Assembly (NCBI GenBank): GCA_047495785.1 | Contig: JBLDXI010000015.1 | Coordinates: 4,464,001 to 4,528,000 of the forward strand | From: Lepidodermella squamata | Lineage: Eukaryota > Animalia > Gastrotricha | Length of the DNA stretch: 64,000 nt | Reading direction: 5' to 3' | Part shown: positions 24,535 to 36,651 of the stretch, piece by piece | Position numbering within the stretch: the stretch's first letter is position 1 | Layout of the letters: each line of letters opens with the position of its first letter | Made by a program: the position numbers and the translations under genes | The notes under the pieces: model-generated | Seen by the model: the letters and a program-made list of their open reading frames with translations, nothing else | The model's database searches: none | What the model was told of the DNA's origin: nothing

Positions 24535-26959
24535 TCATACCTTTATAGTTACTGCCATTGTTCTCAATTTTTGTTCTTTCTCTTTGACGATTTCGGCGCG
24601 GCGAGCTTTGAAAAATGGCTTGTAGGTCAATCCGACGAATCCAGCCGATAGCAAGAAGCATACAGCGCCGAAAACGTAAGCATACACTGGAGACAGCGTA
24701 TCCAACCAGGCTATAATAAATTCAAAGGTTAACCGTCGCATTCGATATATCACAGCTTACTGGGTAAAATGAATCCCAAAATCTGTACAAAACCCTGAAT
24801 GCACAGAAACCAGCCGAACGAAGCTCCGGCATTTTCGGCACCATACATGTCGCGAACGATAACCGAGCGCATTGTCACCAGGGGAGCGATGAAGAAACCG
24901 TAGACCAAAACAAAGGTGACAAACGAAGCATCGCCTAAAAACATGAGGTGCGGGAAAATGAGCAGAGCGATGGCAGACACAACGTGGCCAATGATGAAAA
25001 TCCAGTAACTGGTAAAAATAGCGTATTTGAGGCCTAGATCGCCTAATTTGCCGGTAACTAGACGGCCAACGGCGTTGAAAACACCCCACATAAGTACCAG
25101 GTTAAGCTGAACAACATAACTGACTCCCCACTCGGGGTTTTGTGATTGAGCCGTAACCAGCAACATTGGAACATAGTAACCTAAGGTGTGATAGATAAAA
25201 TACATACTTATAAAGTAGTGATAAATTAAAGGTAAACGATAATATGCCGATCAATCTATCAAACTAACCGACGATGGAAAAAACAGCGGCGCTCAATAAG
25301 CATAAGAATGAAGGCTGACAAACCAGCTTTGCGTTGAAATATCTGTAAAAAATAAAATAAAATAGATATACGTGATAAATGATAGCTGCGCCGTTATCTC
25401 ACTTTCTCAACACCTGAACGAATGTCAGGGGAACTTCGACGACCTGACTAGCTATCCACATCGCCGACTGGAATATGGATGAATGTTGATGGTGAGGCGA
25501 TGGATTTTTAACTGGCTCAGGTGCGTTTGGTCGAGGTTGTTCCTCTTCACTTTCGTCTTCAGAACTGTCCTCATGGATAACTTGGGTCACGCTAGTTTTA
25601 CCTGAAATAAATGTCACTTTGTCAACGAAAATCTGAAAGTAATTTCAAACTCAACTGTTAGCGCCAAGTTGTTGTTGGCGTCTTTGAGCAACTCGAATCA
25701 ACAGGTTTTCTCTTGTGATAATCGCATTGTCGAGCGAGTGGTTGGTATCTAATCTGCTTCGAATTTTGTCTTCGGATATTTTTTTCAAAATATGGCAAGG
25801 TGGGATGGGAACAGACTCTCGATCGTCTGGCGGCCGATGTTCGACTTCCTCTTCGTCGCTGCTCGCATCTTCGATAACTTGATTGTTCGGCTTTTCTGAT
25901 TCGATAGGCTCAGCTGCCTGCTCTGATATCTTGTTGATATGATGGCGATCTAGAGCCAAAAATTAGCGCATAACATAAAGGTATTATGGATATCTTACTT
26001 GGCTGTCGTTTCTTTTTCTTGGGTTTGAGGCTTTGCATAAAAGCCAATGCGCATATCACACCGTTCAGAGTGAGACCACCGAAAATCGCTAGGGAACCTC
26101 TCCAGCCGTATTCTTTGAAAACAGGAGGAATAATCAAGGAATAAAAAATAGCTCCCACCGGAGAGCCACAGGCAGTGATTCCTTGGGCCAACGCCCGCTG
26201 ATTTGGAGGGAAGTAGTCGGTAATAACAACGAAGGAAGGTCCGTAAAGCAAAGCCGATGCGATGCCTTGGAAAATTCCCAGCATGAAAAGATCGAAGTAG
26301 AATCCAGCTTGGAAGAAGTAATTGCCCCAGGCGAGTAGAAACGAAGTCGTCGAAATAAGGGATGCAAATATGATGACACGAGTTGGACCCAAAAATTCGG
26401 TCACGGCAATGCAAAGTGGGGCTGAGAAGTTTTCGAAAATAAATAAACAGTAAGGCTCGAACTTATTATTGTCATTATGCGTATGTCATTTTACTTTCCT
26501 CGATTTAGCAATAAAATAAAATGAATTTAGCTATGGTTTCAGCTTAAATCATTTTCATTATTTCTAGCCAATTACGACCTAATAATCGTGGAACCTTTAT
26601 CTGCTCAACGCACCATAATTATTTCGATCTGCGAATCTTCTTTTAGCTGTAAAATAAATTGTTCACAATCTATTTCCCTGGCATGCTCTTTGGAAGTTGC
26701 GTTGAATTCATGTTTATAGACAATTTCTCATTTGACCTCATCAATCAAGTAAAACTAAAATAATACCGAAAATTAGATAGAACGTTGGAACCAAACCGCC
26801 AATGATGGAGATTTTCCACGAGTCATATTCTGGATAGTCGTCTTCAATAAAAAGTCGAATGATTCCAAAAACGAAGCAATAGCCATCGACTACCAAGTTC
26901 AAGTAGAAGGTTGCTGCCAGTACAACCCAGCCGAAATGTAGGCCACCTTTGGCCGCCAT
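24535..26959 (-). CDS. Monocarboxylate transporter (SLC16/MCT family, MFS)
   Basis: GGLHFGWVVLAATF, ITDYFP..RALAQGI..CGS, YGWRGSLAIFGGLTLN, a large central loop, and GRLVTGKLGD. Confidence 0.88.
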
Positions 26960-27794
26960 TTCAGCATGAAATAACTGACGCTTATCGCAAATATTATCGG
27001 AAATGTGTCTTCTAGTCAAGAGTATTCAATAAATTTCAAATTCTCGGTTACAAAATGTTATATCAAGGTCATAAAAATTTCCATAAGATGCCTTCTTATT
27101 CTGAGAGTTCTAAGGCAAGGCTGTACGATTCGCTGTAAGGTTGAAAAGGTTAAAAAGATTTGCAAGAGTTGGTCGATCTGTTTGCACTAGTTCTGACCAG
27201 GCTGCAGGAAACCGGTGGGTACTGGCTTAACAGATTACTTCTGTACGGTATCGTGTAAGATAAGGCACAAAATGACGACAGCTGTACGGCCATTATGAAA
27301 ACATCAAGTTATCTTGTAGGGGTTACTCAAAAAGCGGCAGGATATATAATCGTGTTTTACCTACGTTTCTGGTCTCGTCTAAACAGCCGATAAGGGCCGC
27401 AGCCAGTTTTTGGGGGGCAATCGACAGTCATCTCGCCACCTATAATCCCTTTGAACTCATCTTTTGGCGAAAATGGATAAATATAGTTCAAAAATCAATT
27501 GTTTTCATAAGAAGACATGCGCCATCAACAAATATATTGCTTTTTATTGCCATTCTATCACCTCAAGATCTAGCGGCTATGCACTACTCTAATGCTAGGC
27601 CGAAGTAATACAAAAGACGTAGATCGAAATACGAGAGCCAGCGCCACATGTAGAGAAAATACGCCTTTTGCCAAACAAACCGATCACAAATTCAGTTAGT
27701 TATCAGTAGCTTCAGTTAGGAAGACAAAAAGGTTTATTTATAAGCTTTTAGCTTTGCGAAGTCAATTCAGCATTGTCTCTCAATTAATTTGATT

Positions 27795-28665
27795 TTAGGA
27801 ATATTTCATTTTGGCATTGTGGAAACGCTCGTTGATATTCTCCCAGTTGATGACGTTCCAAATTGCTTTGACATAGTCGGGGCGTGCGTTCTTGTATTGC
27901 AAATAATATGCGTGTTCCCAAACGTCGATGCCGAGCAGCGGCACGATGCCACCGGTGACAACTTGTAAGGGATCCTAAAAAGACAATATTCGAGTCTACC
28001 AAAATTATCACAATTTATATTTACTTGGTTAGCAGTAGTTGAAATGTCCAGAAGCCTGGTGCGTGGGTCATAACCGAGCCAGCCCCATCCCGAGCCTTGG
28101 ATGCCAACACACAGAGTCGTTAACTGATCCTTGAAGCTGTCAAAAGATCCATATTTCGACGTGATCGCATCGAGAATATCACCTGGTGTTAAAAGTTAGC
28201 ATTTATTAAAAAAGCGTGGCATTTTAGCAAAATACCTTTCGGGGTACCACCGCCTTTCGGTGAGAGATTTGTCCAGAAAATGCTATGATTCAAATGACCA
28301 CCGCCGTTAAATCGGATGACCTGTTGTAAATTGATAATGGCCGTGGTGTCGCCTATGATTAAACATAATTTGAATAAGATTGGTCGATAGTTAAAGGCCT
28401 ATGAGTTACCCTTGTCGATAGCTTCCTTCAACTTCGTTTCGGCTGCATTGTAATTATTAACGTATGCAGCATGGTGCTTCTGATGATGCAGTCGCATGAT
28501 ATCACCAGAAATTACAGGTTCGAGCTAAAATTATCCTTAATAATCGACAGGTTTGAATGCTAATCTAATAAAACTTACCGCATTGTACTCGTACGGAAGC
28601 TCTGGTAACGTATGAGCAAAGCGACGCCCAGCCGTAAAAGACCTTCTGATTAAGCCTTGCAGCAT
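27795..28665 (-). CDS. SOD2: Mitochondrial manganese superoxide dismutase; multi-exon
   Basis: Transit peptide [17 protein letters not shown], then [48 protein letters not shown] and [13 protein letters not shown]. Confidence 0.95.
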
Positions 28666-29526
28666 TGCTAGTTTTCTATGAATAATGGTGAATTCTTTAA
28701 TATTCGGCAGTTTAGCATGGCATGAGTGGGATGATAAGCACGAGGAACAATTAGCTGCGCTAAAAATTCAAATTATTTTAGATGAGCTTCTCAATTCGCA
28801 TCAGTCTACAGAAGAACTTTCTTGTATTGCTATTTCTTACACAAGCCTTTGACGCACTTAGGAAGGCTCGTCTCTTTATATTTCGTTGTATAGTGATGTG
28901 TGATGTAGTGTGATGTCACAGTGGAAATTTTTGCTGTGACTTGATTTTAGCGATCCAATCTTCATACCGCATAAGTAAACGTTTAGTGTTTGGCGCACGC
29001 AAACTCAAGAACCCCGTGATTTTCAGCGCTTAAATTGTCAACACATCGTCAAACTAACCACAAGCATCAATTGTTTCAACACATCTAATTTGATTGAAGT
29101 ATTAAGTATCATAATAATTGAAGGTTTACTGACAAGATACCACAATTAATTTCGATACGAACTTTCATTTCTCACGATCCGATGCAATATTGCGCAAAAA
29201 GACCAGCATTAATAACATTCAAGCTATAAGGTAACATGCTCAATGCATCTGATGTGTTTATTAAAGAGCCTTTATCGTAAACTTATTTATGAGAAGGCAA
29301 GACGCTACCTATGAAAAGGCTTTACACTCTCGTCTTGTACATAGCCTGCCGGAAAACCCACAGCCCGAGATGGAGTATATCCTTGGGTCCGGTTAGGAAC
29401 GCAGGAGGACCTAACTTATCGCCCGAGTTAATCCAAATCAGGTACACAACTTCAGAACAAAACCCTCCTTCTGCTCCCGGGGAACAGATTTCCGTCACGA
29501 CACAGCTGACTTTCAAGGCTGAGAGC

Positions 29527-29649
29527 GTCATGTGACTTGTCACGTGCTTAAAATGTTAAAATTCCATAAGATTGTGAAAAACAGTCATTTTTATTGAATT
29601 TAAAAAAAAATAATTAAAAATGTGAGAAACTTTATTCTAAAATGGCGGC
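29527..29649. promoter_or_regulatory. Candidate bidirectional promoter between SOD2 and ORC3 (two E-boxes and a YY1 motif)
   Basis: GTCATGTGAC (29527-29536), GTCACGTG (29539-29546) and AAAATGGCGGC (29639-29649). Confidence 0.45.
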
Positions 29650-29703
29650 AAGTTTCAAATCGTCAACGCATGCGAAAACAAAGTCGCGATTCTAGTTGTC
29701 GAG

Positions 29704-29810
29704 GGTCTAGTGGTTAGGATTCCGCGCTTTCTGCAGCGGCCCGGGTCATGGGTCGCGGATTCTTCCGCAGTTGCTGCGGTAGAGCCGAAGAATGAGGAGT
29801 CCTAATACCG
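29704..29810 (+). pseudogene. tRNA-Glu(TTC)-derived fragment / SINE-like remnant with a partial hammerhead-like motif
   Basis: GGTCTAGTGGTTAGGATTCCGCGCTTTC...GCGGCCCGGGT matches the tRNA-Glu D and anticodon arms. The B box and acceptor stem are missing. It is followed by TGAGGAGTCCTAATA. Confidence 0.6.
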
Positions 29811-30229
29811 TTCTGCCATAACTGGCAAACTGCATAAAATCCTCAGATAACGCTTGCTTAATCGCCACATCTTTCTATATGGACAGATGATCAGCAAAAG
29901 GTTAAGTATTCCTGACCATCTAGTCCAGATATTTTATCAGAAAGACAAGTTGGAATTCCAGCAGCTTTGGACCGTACTGTCTAGAAAATAGTTTCAAGTT
30001 CTTCAAAATCTCCGAAAGAACGAAATAGTGTTATAGTGTTATGTGCAAAGTGAACGGTAAAGATTGACGAAGTTTTATCTAAAGCATGATCTCCTGATCT
30101 CCTGAATGCCCTTTCTCCTATCCCCTGTTGTACTATTTATCATTCAACAATGCCTCTTGGTATATGGTACACGATTTTGGTATAAGCTGTGTTGTTTTCT
30201 TACTTCTAGAATTTGAATTAAGCTGAAGA

Positions 30230-33200
30230 ATGGTGGTTTTCGCCCAATCTAGATGCAAATGGGCGGCAAACGAAATTGAGAAAACCGGCTGCGCAGCCAT
30301 TGGCGTTACCAAGGGGAAAGGGCGCAAATCAATTGCTCCTGTTCTGATTTTGGATCCCATCGAGCACTTGCCCTCGGTGGATAAAGAAAAACTTTCACTT
30401 ATTGCCAGTTACAAGGAAGCCCTTGCTGATGTGGTTAAGGAAGCTCGCGATAATTACATTTCTAAGTTGTCATTACTTGTGACTCAAGCTGTCTACAACC
30501 CGTTTACAGTTGATTCATCCCTAAAAGCTGAGGCTATATGTAACCCATATTTGTCCGTATTTGCGGTGCGCATCCCACCTACACTTAGCGACGCGGCTTT
30601 GCTTTACTCGAGCATTTTAGAGGAGTTGGAGCTAGGTGACTCCAGTTCGTTGGTTGTTCGTCTCAAAACTCTGCATAGCGAGACTCTGCAGTTACTTTTT
30701 ACTGAAATCGCTAAGAAGATTACAAAGGTAAGACTAATAGCGACTAATTTCATAGACAATTCCATTATTCCCTGATTTCAGGATCATAATCTTCCTAACT
30801 GCTCATTCGACTTACTGATTAAGCTGCTGTCATCGGGTACAATTAAGTATAATAAGTTAATTCTGGTGTTCGAAAATGCTGAGCAAGTTCCCTTCGGTGT
30901 CCTATCAACAGCGATGCAACTATTCGGTCAGAGCTTCCCTGCCGACGGTGTAAGGCCTGTTTTTGTTTTCGGTGTTTCGTCTGCTGAATCATGGCACAAA
31001 ATGCATGTCTCGCTTCCTCTTCGATCACTTCGCAATACCAGTTTGTGCTTTCTATCGGCTGGTGTTAACGCCCATGTCCAGGATGAAAATGGTGAGAAGG
31101 ACGTCGACTTTGTTGAACATGTGCTTCAGGAAGTGATGTTATCGGAAAGATTCCCGCTGAAGATTGGACCATTGTGTGCTACCGAAGTTCTCACTTGGTT
31201 TCGAGATGGACGCCTGAGCATTGCAACTGTGGAAAAGCTGTTCCATTTCATTGCTCAGCATCAGCTCTACAGAATTATGGCAGAGGATGGCGAAAGTTTA
31301 ATAAGAGTTTTACCCGGCTCAAAGAACATGGACCTTGGAGCTCAGGCAGCTCGCCAGCGTACTGCTGATGTCAATGTGAAAAGCTGTTTATCTCGTCTCC
31401 AACCTTATTGGATTGATGTGAAAGCCGCTTGTTTAGTTCTGAAGCAAATCGAAGACACTGTTTTGGGCAGTACTTTCCAAACGAACCCGAATCGAACCAG
31501 TGTTCTGGAAATATATCGCATGACTCTTGAATGGAATATTGCTCAAACCCGTTGGTGCAGTCGGTTATTGATGGGCATTAATACGTTGTCGGAAGATGAT
31601 TTGGACAAGTTATTGGCTAAATTGATCAGCATTCTAAACGATGTGAAGGTTGGGACGAATACTCTGGAACTGCCTGAGGACAATCGGCCTAATTTCCTCC
31701 GTCTGCTTGACATTTGCATGGACCTGCGCCATCAATATGAAGTCCAAAAGAATGACAAGAACGATGCTGCAAAAGCCGCTAAAGTTTCGGCGCGGGCTTC
31801 GGTTTTCGCGACGCCACATGCCTCTAAGGAAAACCGGAAAACGATGATGGGACTATTCGGAACGCCTCAAACCAATTCAATGTCCTATTTCGAAATGCAG
31901 GTTAGGTTGATTTTTCCCGCATATTGTTTAATCTATATTAATCAATTAGGCACGTCTGAGGGCTGAAATCAAGGCGAATAAGGGGGATGACGATTCCTCA
32001 AAGCTCGCTTCTGTCTCAACTCCAGGTGGAAGCTTGAAATATGGAACTCGGCAATTTGCGAATCAGTTGCGTGATTGGCTTTCCGAATGGGTTCCCAACA
32101 AATCGAAAATTCTGAACCTGGACCAATCAGCTGTATTCTATTTCGACGATTTATTGCAACTGGCTGATAGCTTCAATCCTGATATGAACGAGCTACTGTC
32201 GTCTGGCTTGTCGGCTAAAAGTTTGCGCCAACATCTGACCCTAAAGGTGCCAGCCTTGTCGGACTTCGATGTCCACGTCCTGTTTTCTGTTTTCACTTCA
32301 TCGTCTACAACTGGAAACATTCCGACTACAGCTGGCCTCAATGTCTGGTATGCTGCGTTTTCTGAAGCTCGGAAACTACGACGCCGTAAAACAGACCCGC
32401 CGATCGATGACCGTGAAATGCAGGTATGAAGTCATTTTTGAATAAAAGCTTGAATAAGTCAAGTCGATGATACTAAATCGATACTAAATCGCCCTCCCTT
32501 TTTCATCATGACCCTGGGTTTCATTTCATTACAGTACAATCAGCTACTAATATGTAAAAAAATTCAATATTGGCTTCTCAAAGTGCTGATATTTGAAAAA
32601 TCACTGATTGATATCGGCTCGGCAGGCTGAAGTTTATCTCGCAAAATAACCTCTCGTACCGCAATATGGGTAATACAATTGATCTGATATCTGATAAGCT
32701 TGATAATAAAAAATTGAGACGCAAAACCAGAAAATGCTAAGTCTAATCTAGAAAAAGCCGGAGCTTAAAATTTTATGCAAGTGAGACGCACGCCAAGAAA
32801 AGGGCCCTTATTATTTCAGGCTGTCAAATAAAAAATGGGACTGCATACCGTAACGTGTGGTGATTGTGGACACGGTAACTTTGGACACTTTCGGCTTTGC
32901 AGGTGTTTAGCTTTTCAGGGTTGAACGTTCAAATCATGGGGGTTTTTGCTTAAAATTCTCCGTCTCTTCAGCTTTCGTTTGAAATAAAAATCAAGACGAT
33001 TGGAGCTGAAATCGGATTTCAGAAAAAGTTACAAGCAGTTAGACTTTGGGTGCCGTTTTGGGACCCCCATTCTATCTTTCTAATAATCGATCAGTTTTCA
33101 ATGAAAGTTGGCGTGAGTATTCTCCTATCTATACTATCCCTATAATCGAAGATAAAAGGCAATCCGTCGACGCGTTTTAGCAGGGCATTTACCTGAAAAA

Positions 33201-34028
33201 CAGGTGAAAATTGGGGTAATTTTGGACACTTTTGGACGGTTTAAGTATGCTGCTGCGCAGAAACGTATTTTTATTGAACTTCCGAGAAACAGATGATGCG
33301 CCATCTGTTCATAATTGGGTCGAAATCTGACCCAAGATTAAATGAAAAGACCATGAAAAACAGATAATTCACAATGAAATTCCAATGAAATTGCATATGC
33401 AAATGAGTGTCCAAAGCTACCCTCTAATTGTCCAAAGTTACCGGAACACATATTAATTAGCCAAAGGTCAGGTAAAATTCTCAAAATTTTTAAAATTTTC
33501 ATTAAATTCAAAAATCCCCGTCCCCACCTTTGGTAAAAATTTCGGAAATTTAGGAGCAAAGGCTGATTTTTAATGTTCGAAAAATACGTTTTGTCCAAAG
33601 TTACCACTCGTTACGGTAATAATAAACAATTGTCGCCAGTTGCTTTTTTTCAAAAAGAGCAAAAATTCAATATCGGCCCTTTTCTTGGCGCGCGTCTCAA
33701 ATTTAAAGTGTTCACTTGATACACCTAAATTAGCAGCAAACGGAGTTACAGTTAATCACATCGGATTATCTATAATCTATTATCTCCCTATTTATAGATT
33801 AGGATCATAAAACTGTGCTCAATAAATTGAGATAATTTGTAGGCAAATTCACCTTTTTATGGATACCTCATTATCAATTTTCCCTTGTTAACCTTTATTT
33901 GTTGTTACCAGGCTCGATTCGTCTCTGCGCTCGACGAACTGGAAGTGCGTGGCCTCCTTCGATACAACCCGCCCCGTCGAACCATCACCAAGCTGTTCGA
34001 ATGTGAAGAAGACGACGAACTATCGTGA
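30230..34028 (+). CDS. ORC3: Origin recognition complex subunit 3 (divergent)
   Basis: ILVFENAEQ, VFVFGVSS, FPLKIG, and the final exon ARFVSALDELEVRGLL (ORC3 winged helix). The last intron is about 1.5 kb. Confidence 0.8.
32782..33699. mobile_element. TIR element (host of the nested insertion) in the ORC3 last intron
   Basis: About 25-bp inverted termini TGAGACGC(A/G)CGCCAAGAAAAGGGCC. No clear TSD. Confidence 0.65.
32848..33616. mobile_element. Tc1/mariner-pogo-type non-autonomous element, nested
   Basis: TA TSD on both sides, imperfect TIRs CCGTAACG(T/A)GTGGT..T.TGGACA, and internal repeats of TTGGACAC/TGTCCAAAG. Confidence 0.75.
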
Positions 34029-36651
34029 ACAATTACTTGATTTTTCAATTTCCTCGTTTTAAGTTTCAGTCGCAATTTTGCATGACGCATTCCGGTGAAT
34101 CGTAAGAGTTATGTCTTAGCATGAACGTTGCGCATCTTTTTTGCAATAAAAGTGTGTTTTTTATGATGATATAATCGTATTTTTTGGAGATGACAACGCA
34201 GGGTTAATAGGGTCAACATTCAGTTTTTATGGGCAAAATTATAGGATGCAAGGTTTGAGAGAAAAAAATGAGAAAGGAGGGCGTTTACTTGCACGTTAGC
34301 CCGTGCCTGGGAATAGCCGGCCGGTCTATTATCAAGCCGGCTTGTGTCTCATGATTTTGCTGCTTTGTAATTATGGAGACTGAAATTTATGTCAAGGCAG
34401 GCGCATCGCGCGACAGCGTTGACCGGCATGGCGAGGCTGTAAATGTTAGGTTGGAGCATGCGGGCAATATCTAACCGGCCGGTGTTCGAGACAACAGAAG
34501 GCAGACCTAATAAACTTTTTACGGCCCTAGACGTTGACGGGCCTGTTGTAAAGCTGCGCGCTCGCAACTTCCGCGACCCTCTCCTGCTGACGTGCGTTAT
34601 TTATTGAACAAGGGCTGGTTTGGCATAAAAGTACTCGAACGTTCAGCGTAAATGGCAACGTTAACTTTGACGATAGTGATTTACCATTCGTTTCCGGGCA
34701 GTTTTATTGCGCTCTGCGTCCCTTGTCGGCGATCGGCCGCTACCACGGCACAGATGATGTAATTCACAGCCGAAAGGTACGAGGTAGTCGGCCGCCTTCT
34801 TTGACCTCATTACGTCGAGAGGGGCAAAACACTTGCTTTTACCTGGCAAGAACAACAACAACAGCAGCAGCAGCATTTAATTGTTTGTCTCAGAATTTTA
34901 GTTGAGCAGAAAAATGCGATCTCATTTCATACCAGCCTAATTACACACAAATTCTTGTCGTCTTGTTGATTTTTACTATTTTGCTTTTCCATCGCCCCTC
35001 AACACCCTCTGTATTGTATTAGCGTGGGTTGGAAAAAGCAGCAACTCAATTGCGTAGCTGTTTCATTGAGATTTATTTCGACACGCCTGTTGAGAGGACG
35101 TCTGAGCAAACACCAAACACTTGTGCACATGGGGCAGGCGCTTCCGGGCCTCTGACGAAAAAAGAGATGTCGAGTTGAAGACGAATTTTTATCTCGGTGG
35201 GGCGGCCTAGTTTTAGTGCGGAGCACGTAATAAAATAGCGGCGCCTTTGCCGGCGAGACCCCACAGGCTTTTATTAGCGCGACCTAGATAGCCTATTTTT
35301 CCGATTTGTTCTACTTCGATAATTAAAGCGTGAACTAGAGCGCATTCCTCAACCCTTCATGTTTACATCTCGCCGCCGCTTTGTTGTTCTATCTTTCTCG
35401 GGCTCTTCCTGTATTGAATTTCAATCGACATATTTTCCACCTCTGAACATTCTGAATTAAGCTGCTGCTGTTGTTGTAGCGTTTCGATTGTTATTCTTGT
35501 CAATAACTTCCATCAATTTTGCGGTATCAGCTGGCGGTTAGCTTGAAGAGTAGACATCTCATTATAGGGGGAAAGCCCCTGAAGTGGTAGGGGTGTTTGG
35601 GTGGAACGGGCGAAATTGACTCCGGTTACGCAATGGCACGATAGCGTTTGCTAGTTTAAAACTATAAACAAGCCAATTTCGTGTCGGTAGGGTTACTCGA
35701 GGACGCGGGGTGCTGCACCCGTCTAGCGATCCCGTCGTCAAGCACCCTGCTGCGCTTTTGAATTGGGGCGCACACACCCACCCATTAAGTAGTTTGTTCA
35801 ACTTTCAAGCACTCGACATTTCGCTTCATTTGCTCCAGTTGCCGCTGGCTAGCGCTAGCGAAGTCACGATGGCGACAGCAAAATGAGCGCCTGTCGTTTG
35901 GCAAGCACCGCATGCGGTCCGGGAGCCGCACGGGTGCGAGCGGGCGCACGCAAACGCCGATGCGTATCAGCTATACTGTAAACACGCCCGCCTTGCCATT
36001 CTCGCACTTGTTTGCCATCGGTGGCAACGTTTCGCCTCGAATTTTCATCGCTTCGCAAATATTCGCTATTGTGCGCGCTGCCTTTAATTCCGCCCATACC
36101 AGCGCCACACGCGCATGAGTCAATTTTCACCCTTTCAATCCGATCAACTCTTGTGTGTGTGTGTGTTTCCATTTACCGAAGAATTTATCACTATTTTTAC
36201 ACGTTTCATGTTCAGTATATAAATATCTCGTTGAGAGTGGTAGCGAGTGCAAACCCATTCTTATAATAGAATGGACTTTATTTTAGAACTATCAAGTTAT
36301 GACACCAAGGGCGAAATATTACGAGGTTTTATGTTTTATGCGTGGGCGGGCGTCTTCGCTTTGCAGTTTCTTGCTAGGCGCGCGCCGGCCAATGAGCGTC
36401 GTTCTTATAAGGCACGTGCCTTGGCCACGCCGCAGCGCTTACGCTCATTCCATTCACAACTTCTTTCATAAAAATATCATCGCTTTTTATAGCGACATCT
36501 GAACCGGGGCATTTTGATGCATCTTATTTTAGGTTTTTTCAGGCTTCCTTATCAAACAACTGCTGTTTACCTTTGTGAAATCAAGACTTATCTCTATATT
36601 TTGGTATTTTAGCAATTTAAATATTGATTACGTGCGTTTTCAACAAACAAC

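Noticed and set aside
29295-29316. AGGCAAGA miR-31-like seed
   Set aside because: The rest of the mature sequence and a pre-miRNA hairpin are absent.
29505-29516. GCTGACTTTCA, identical to part of the vertebrate telomerase RNA pseudoknot
   Set aside because: No U-tract, no complementary GTCAGC partner and no CTAACCCT template nearby; likely chance.
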